Shown here in pieces: positions 55,815 to 64,000 of a stretch of 64,000 nucleotides of DNA. The translations under genes and the position numbers were made by a program. The notes under the pieces were generated by a model. That model was not told the origin of the DNA, searched no databases, and saw nothing but the letters and a program-made list of their open reading frames with translations. Numbering within the stretch: the stretch's first letter is position 1; the number at the start of each line of letters is the position of its first letter. Origin of the DNA: Eledone cirrhosa. Lineage: Eukaryota. The stretch is taken from contig OZ024741.1 in NCBI GenBank assembly GCA_964016885.1, positions 77,128,001 to 77,192,000 on the forward strand, read 5' to 3'.

Positions 55815-58729
55815 TCTCTTTTCATTCTCTGACAAGTACCCACTTTTATTTAATTTCTATCATGTATGTATGTATGTATGTATGTATGTATGTATGTATG
55901 TATGTATGCATGTATGTATGTATGTATGTATGTACGTATGTATGTATGTATGTATGTATGTATGTATGTACGTATGTATGTATGTATGTATGTATGTATG
56001 TATGTATGTATGTATGTATGTATGTATGTATGTATGTATGTATGTATATTCTTCTGGTTTTATAATTTTATAAATCTTTACCAATAGAGAGAGAGTCGGT
56101 TTCTAACATAGATACAAGACTCTCTCATTGAAATTTAAACAACATCAACTAGGTAGATATGTCTGCATGTCTGCATATAAGCATGTGTATGCAGGCATGG
56201 ATGTATGTTTTGAGTTACATGTGTGCATGTGCATATGCCTTATATCAGTACATGTAGCGAAATCTATCCACACCTTGACCCCTGGGTGACATTTAACGGT
56301 CATTTTTTGGGTTAACTCCTTTCGGGCTCAACAGGTCTGAGATTGGACGACCTCGAAAGGTCAGCCTTTTGTTCTCAAGTCTTGGAGACAGGGGAAGCGA
56401 CATAGATAAATAGCCTGCTTTAGATCAGGCCAGGCAGCAGTTCGGAGCATTTCTCGATAGAGTAAACATGTAAACATTTGCTTTCCACAGACCCTTTGGG
56501 TCTTCCTGATTCTTACTTACTCTGACTCTCTCTTACTATCTCTTTTACTCTCTCTCTCACTCTCTCTCTCAATCTCTCTCTCTATATATATATCTCTCTC
56601 TTTCATTCAGCCTTTATCTCTTGGTCTCTCTCTCAACCTAGCTAGTGAAGTTCATGAAGTTTTCTTGCTAAATACGAACTTAACTCTACTTTTACAAACA
56701 AACAAATAACGTCCATAATTCCTGTGTATTTTTCGTATAGCTTCGGCGTAAGCTATTTTCAGTAAATTAATAATATAGCGGTTTGGTGTTATCGTGGTTC
56801 AGTTATATATATTCATTTTCTGCGTAATCAAGTAACTATCATATCATCATCATCTTAATGAACACTTACTCACTTACCTGCACACAGGCAACCTCTGGTT
56901 ACACTGTATCACACAACAGTGACCACGCCACACAGCAAGCTACAAGTGAGCACACGCACAACAAACGAATCACACCACGACATAATCAACTACCAACACG
57001 ACCCACAAATCCTCGCTATAAACATGTGTATATGCAGTTATCAGATGCAGAATTTTTGGAATGTTTTACATAATATTCGTGTTCTTTCTGTTTCTGTGAA
57101 GCCTAGATTCTCAACATTTGTAGTGAGGCAGTTACTAACATATCACAGTGCTCCAATAATCACTGGTATAAATCTGAAGGTATAGTCAGGGTGGAGTATC
57201 TGCAGATTTGTCATTAGTTCTGCATGGATATTCTCCTTTTCGCTAATCTTTGATATATTGGCATCTGCTGGGCAGCTAACTTCCACTATTCTGCATGCCT
57301 TCTTTTCCCTGTCCCATATCATTATATCTTGTCTGTTCATTCTGCATTTTATTGGGGTTTTGACTGGAACATTCCACTAGTACTCTTTCATATTATGTAT
57401 GTCTTCCACAACTTTTAATGCGTTTATTGTCGGGGCTATCTTTTCTACAGATTGCATTGTACTGTGATTTAGCCTCATCGGTAGATAGTACCGTGATGAC
57501 ATCTTTGGACAGCTGCTTATGACATGGGTGACATCTTCGATGTTAATTCTGCAGAATCTGCACTTGTTGTCACATCTAGGTGTTTTGCCTGCAACCCTAT
57601 TTCTTTTGTGAATCAGGTATTTTGTGTTGATTTCCTGTTCTTGCATTGCAAAAGCGTATCCTTCAAAATGAGAGCTAAAATAGCGGTTGTTGGTCCAAGA
57701 TAGACTACTTTCTTTATCTATATTGCACTGATTCTGGAGCTTCCTGGCAACATATCGATGCATGACTTTTTTGCTGATAAGCATGCTGTTTTTCTTCCAT
57801 GGATTCACTGCGGTATTGCTTGACAATTTTTGATTATCCTGCAGGGAGTGTCTTTCAAGGATTTCCTTCCCAATTCCCATGATCTTATCTGTCTCATGCA
57901 GACAGACCTGCTCAATAAATGGGCCCCTACGTTTGGAGGTTCGTAAATATTATCGAAGGGATATGATGCGACATTAAAATGCTGTCTGGACTGATGTTAG
58001 CCCTCTGCCTCCCTGCTTACGTTTCAAGTAGAGGCGTTCTATGTTACTGTTGATGTGGAAGTTTCCGGTGTTGTTTAGAATTTTTCGTCTATCGTCCAAT
58101 CGAGTATTCCAAACGTTGGTGTTAGGACAGTCACAGCAAGCACATTGTGAGCCACTGTTTTATTGTGAGCAGAGTTTCGATGACCATATTCTTCTTAATC
58201 GGGTGTAATATTCCCTGGTTACGCGTTCCTTATTACAAATACCATTATAGGATATATTCTCATCTATCCCCAGGTATCTGTAGCAGTCCTCGTCAGATAT
58301 CGGTGAAACAGTTAGGCCATTGATAAAAATGTTGTTAGATTGGGTTGTAATTTTTTCCCGCTTTACAGTCATATATGAACATTTATCTTGGCCAAACTCC
58401 ATTCCTATATCCTTGAGAATGTTGTTATAGGTCAAGATTTTTCTTCATCCCATCTATGCTCTTGGCATAGAGTTTCAGGTCATCCACAAAGAAATTATGT
58501 GTGGTGTGTGTGTTTTTATTTTTGACCGGCCACCCACTCGGTGGCAAGTTTGTTGTCCTTTATGCAATTTTCATCCTTTGAATCGTAAGAATGTTTTATA
58601 GATTTTGAAGGTTCCAGATATTGCGCCCATTTGTAGCTTATGAATTAAGGAGGTACGTTCTTTCTCCACAAATCCAAGGTCAGTCATACTTTGCTCCAGG
58701 CAGGTTAGTATATATCCTAACAATTGGTA

Positions 58730-59489
<760 letters not shown>

Positions 59490-59544
59490 GGTATGAAACT
59501 GAACTTGTATTTGGGGTATTGGATCTGCAAACTCTTCATCAACG

Positions 59545-59714
59545 CAGACAGGGAGATCTCCCCGTTTTTCTCATTTCTCCTCGTCTCTCCGTTTTTGTGA
59601 AAATGGGTATAGCTGTCATTATGTAAAATCTTCCCATTTTGTCTCATTTCTCCCCATTTTGTGCACTTTTTTCATGGTACTCTCCGTTTGGGTTTTTAGA
59701 GGTTGGCAGGTCTG
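59545..59714. mobile_element. MITE with 6-bp TSD (TCAACG)
   Basis: tcaacg|CAGAC ... GGTTGGCAGGTCTG|tcaacg. Confidence 0.7.
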
Positions 59715-60823
59715 TCAACGGTCCATAGATATACCTCTACTCTTGTATTTTTCTTATGGCATTGAAATCGTGTGGGTAGCTGATTTCTACAACAGAGCAT
59801 GTTTTTAATGTATGGTCCCAAACAACAATAATAGGCCAGTTGTGTTTTAATGAGCTCGTAGTTTTTATTTTTAGAGTTCCACTAATATTCCTTTGAGCCA
59901 TTATTCTCAACACATTCCTCCCTATTTGTATGTTCTTCTGGTCTTATTATTTTATGAATAGAGAGGGGGGGGGGTAATCTAATATCGATGACTCAGATTT
60001 CATCTAGCGTCCAATCAAGTATTCCAAATGTTGGTGTCAGGACAGACAGCAAACATATTGTGGGTCACAGATTTATTGTGTGTAGAGAGTTCAGAAGACC
60101 ATAGTTTTCTTATTTCAATGTTATATTCTCTGGTTACGCGTTCCTTGTTATAAATACCATCATAGTATATATTCTCATCTATCCCTAAGTATCTGTAGTA
60201 GTCCTCGTCACATATCGGTGAAACAGTCAGGCCATTGATAGAGATGTTACTAGATTGTCTTGTGGCTTTTCCTACAATCATATAGGAATATTTATCCTGG
60301 CAAAACTCCATTCCTATATCTTTCGAGAACGCCGTAACCAGGTCAAGGTTTTTTTCCATACCATTTACATTCTCGGGATAAAGTTTCAGGCGATCCACCA
60401 CAAAGCTGTGTGTTAGGTTTGTGTTTCTTCATATTTTTCAGCATAATAGACAAGGGGGTTTACTGACAGTATACATAGCATCACTGAGAGACTGTCTCCT
60501 TGCGATATTCTATTTTATCAGTGAAAGTAGAATCCTCCTCTCTGTATTTAACGTCAGGATAGTGGCCCAAGAAGAAGATAGGTTCTCTATGGCTTTGATA
60601 ATTGCACCTGGGACTTTAGCAAGTCGAAAGGCCTTTTGCGTCCAAGAGTGGGGAAAAGAATCAAATGCTTTCCTGTAGTCCACATGGCTATTTGTAACTT
60701 ATGAATTAAGGAGGTACGTTCTTTGGTCCAATCGGATTGGTATATAATGTATGTGTGTATGTATGTATGTATGTATGTATGTATGTATGTATGTATGTAT
60801 GTATGTATGTATGTAGATATGTT

Positions 60824-60881
<58 letters not shown>

Positions 60882-61033
60882 TAATATTATTGTTGTTGTT
60901 ATTATTATTCCGCCGAGGTTAACTTTGCCTTTCACGCTTCCGGGGTCGATAGAATAAAGTACCAGTAATGCACTGGGTAATTGCTGGTCTTGTGCCAAAA
61001 GTAGAAACAATTATTATTATTATTATTATTATT

Positions 61034-62986
61034 ACAGTTGCATTTATCTTGCTTTATGTTCATACGAGTTATCACCAAGTCACAACCAGTGACCTCAAGA
61101 GACAACAAGGTCCGCCATGTTCAAGAAAGAACATACATACTCACACATGCATCTTTAGTGTTTAGACTTGTGATGTACTTATATTGACAGAATCTTCCTT
61201 AGTATATGGGCAGTTCCCATTAGTACTATCTTTTGTATTTCTCCTATACGCGGGTTTCCTGGGATTTGCGATAAGTAATCATTAGACCCCTTAGGTATCA
61301 TTCCCAGAGCGCCTACAACCACTGGTATTGTTTTAGTTCTCAATTTCCACATTTTTCCAATTTCTATCTCCAGGTCCTTATACTTGCTCAATTTTTCAAA
61401 TGTTTTTATAGATACATTCTTGTCTATTGGAACAGACATATCAATTAGCAGGCATACCCTCTTTTGAAAGTCCTTCAATATTATATCAGGTCTATTTGCA
61501 TCTATTTTTCGGTCTGTTTGGATGCTAAAGTTCCACAAGATTGAGATGTGATCTTTTTCAAGTATGGGAGGTGGTTGATGCTCCCACCAATTCTTTTGAT
61601 GGGGCAGGTCAAAATGCTTACACATTATCCAATGTATGTATTGTGCAGCTCTGTCATGCCTGTTTAGGTATTCGGTTGGAGCTATAGGACTGCACATTGA
61701 AATTATATGGTCAATGGTCTCTGGTTGTTTTTGGCATACACGGCATAATGGGCTGCACCCATTTTTTTATTATGTTGGCTTGGTAATTTTTTGTTGGCAG
61801 ACACTGATCTTGTGCTGATATAATCAGTCCTTCAGTCTCTGATTTCAGTCCAGAGGATGCCAACCACTGATGGGTTAAAGTTTTGTCAACATCAGGATTG
61901 TTAGCTCGCTCTGGGTATTTTCCATACAGAGGCTTTTCTTGCCATTTCTTAGCCAGTTTCTGTAGCAGTTCTTTCTTTGCAGTTACTTTTACCTGCTTTG
62001 CTTTTTCTGTGTTTTCCATTTCAGCAGTAAATGGGACTTCTGAAATTTGTAGTCCATTACTGTATCTTTGTGCATCTTTTGTAATGGAATATGATCTTTT
62101 GATGCTTTCGTGTTTCAAAACGAGTTTGATCATCCAATCATGTGATTCCCTTAGATATGTAGATAATCCAATTGTTGCAGTTTTCAACGCAATGTCTAAC
62201 TGGATTAACCCACGTCCTCCTTCTTTCCTAGGGAGATATATTCTATCTATACCTGCCTTAGGGTGATGCATTCTGTGCATGGTTAAGAATTTTCGAATTT
62301 TTGTATCGAGCCTACGGATCTCTGTGCTTGACCAGTTGATGACATTGTAACTGTAGGTTACTACTGGTATGGCAAACGTGTTTATGGCATCGATCCTATT
62401 CCTTGCATTCAATTCCGTTCTTAAGATTGCTCTTACTCTGCGGTAACATTCCTTCCTTATCCTTTCCCTCATTGTCGAGTGCTTGATTCCGTCTCCTTCA
62501 CAAACACCTAGATATTTGTAAGTTTTTTCTTGATCAAGTTCTCTTATCACGTTCCCCCGATCAAGATTAATGTCTGAACTCTTCAGCAGCTTTCCTCTGG
62601 TGAACTTTGCTTTGGCGCATTTATCTAGTCCAAACTCCATTTTAATGTCATCACTGAACTGCTCCACAGTGGATAATAGCCCTTGCAATTGTTCATCATT
62701 TTTTGCAAATAGTTTCAGGTCATCCATGTAGAACAAGTGATTAATGGTTTTCTCATAGACTTTATATCCATGTTTTCTTTCATTGAGCATTTTACTTAAT
62801 GGTATAAGTGCGATGCAGAATAAAAGCGGTGATAAAGAGTCACCCTGAAAAATTCCACTATTAATATTAACTTCTCCAGCTTCCAGTGATTTTGTTTCAC
62901 TATTCAAAAGGAGTGTCGTTTTCCATGTCTTCATACTGAATGACAAAAACCTCCTGACAACGGGGGATATTTTGAAAATCTCTAAA
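61034..62986 (-). mobile_element. Dong/R4 non-LTR retrotransposon, 5'-truncated, inserted in (TAA)n
   Basis: GIFQGDSLSPLLF, LFYMDDLKL, MEFGLDKC, CRVC...ETIDHIISMC, RPDIIL...LIDMSVP. (TAA)n on both sides. A 1-nt frameshift lies in the T-run at 61762-61768. Confidence 0.93.
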
Positions 62987-63012
62987 TTATTATTATTATT
63001 ATTATTATTATT

Positions 63013-64000
63013 ACAGTTGCATTTATCTTGCTTTATGTTCATACGAGTTATCACCAAGTCACAACCAGTGACCTCAAGAGACAACAAGGTCCGCCTTGTT
63101 CAAGAAAGAACATACATATTCACACATGCATCCTTAGTGTTTAGACTTGTGATGTACTTATATTGACAGGATCTTCCTTAGTATATGGGCAGTTCCCATT
63201 AGTACTATCTTTTGTATTTCTCCTATACGCGGGTTTCCTGGGATTTGCGATAAGTAATCATTAGACCCCTTAGGTATCATTCCCAGAGCGCCTACAACCA
63301 CTGGTATTGTTTTAGTTCTCAATTTCCACATTTTTCCAATTTCTATCTCCAGGTCCTTATACTTGCTCAATTTTTCAAATGTTTTTATAGATACATTCTT
63401 GTCTATTGGAACAGACATATCAATTAGCAGGCATACCCTCTTTTGAAAGTCCTTCAATATTATATCAGGTCTATTTGCATCTATTTTTCGGTCTGTTTGG
63501 ATGCTAAAGTTCCACAAGATTGAGATGTGATCTTTTTCAAGTATGGGAGGTGGTTGATGCTCCCACCAATTCTTTTGATGGGGCAGGTCAAAATGCTTAC
63601 ACATTATCCAATGTATGTATTGTGCAGCTCTGTCATGCCTGTTTAGGTATTCGGTTGGAGCTATAGGACTGCACATTGAAATTATATGGTCAATGGTCTC
63701 TGGTTGTTTTTGGCATACACGGCATAATGGGCTGCACCCATTTTTTATTATGTTGGCTTGGTAATTTTTTGTTGGCAGACACTGATCTTGTGCTGATATA
63801 ATCAGTCCTTCAGTCTCTGATTTCAGTCCAGAGGATGCCAACCACTGATGGGTTAAAGTTTTGTCAACATCAGGATTGTTAGCTCGCTCTGGGTATTTTC
63901 CATACAGAGGCTTTTCTTGCCATTTCTTAGCCAGTTTCTGTAGCAGTTCTTTCTTTGCAGTTACTTTTACCTGCTTTGCTTTTTCTGTGTTTTCCATTTC
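63013..64000 (-). mobile_element. Second, near-identical Dong/R4 copy in tandem (runs off the window)
   Basis: Open 279-aa frame with intact CCHC and RLE motifs. The 3' UTR is nearly identical to copy 1. Confidence 0.93.

Overview
AT-rich, microsatellite-dense animal genomic DNA, most likely an octopod cephalopod. This is inferred from the (TA)n/(CATA)n/(CA)n load and a recurrent tRNA-derived SINE resembling Octopus families; it was not verified. The only host coding sequence I can support is the first coding exon of a CDKL1-like kinase (33513-33346, minus strand). I found no downstream exon, so 1-33345 is probably its first intron. The rest is a mosaic of transposable elements: many Penelope-like element (PLE) families, RTE, CRE and R4/Dong non-LTR elements, Helitrons, solo LTRs, MITEs and SINEs. 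The main unexplained signal is a dense set of hammerhead ribozyme (HHR) motifs from about ten unrelated repeat families. Most sit in fold-back pseudo-LTR (pLTR) hairpins inserted into (TA)n. They include a fully paired canonical HHR (51903-51980), a U3-A8 compensatory core variant (12908-12945), a retrozyme-like direct-repeat unit (28795-29750), and several motifs in the sense orientation of the CDKL1 pre-mRNA. All structures were folded by eye and no searches were run.
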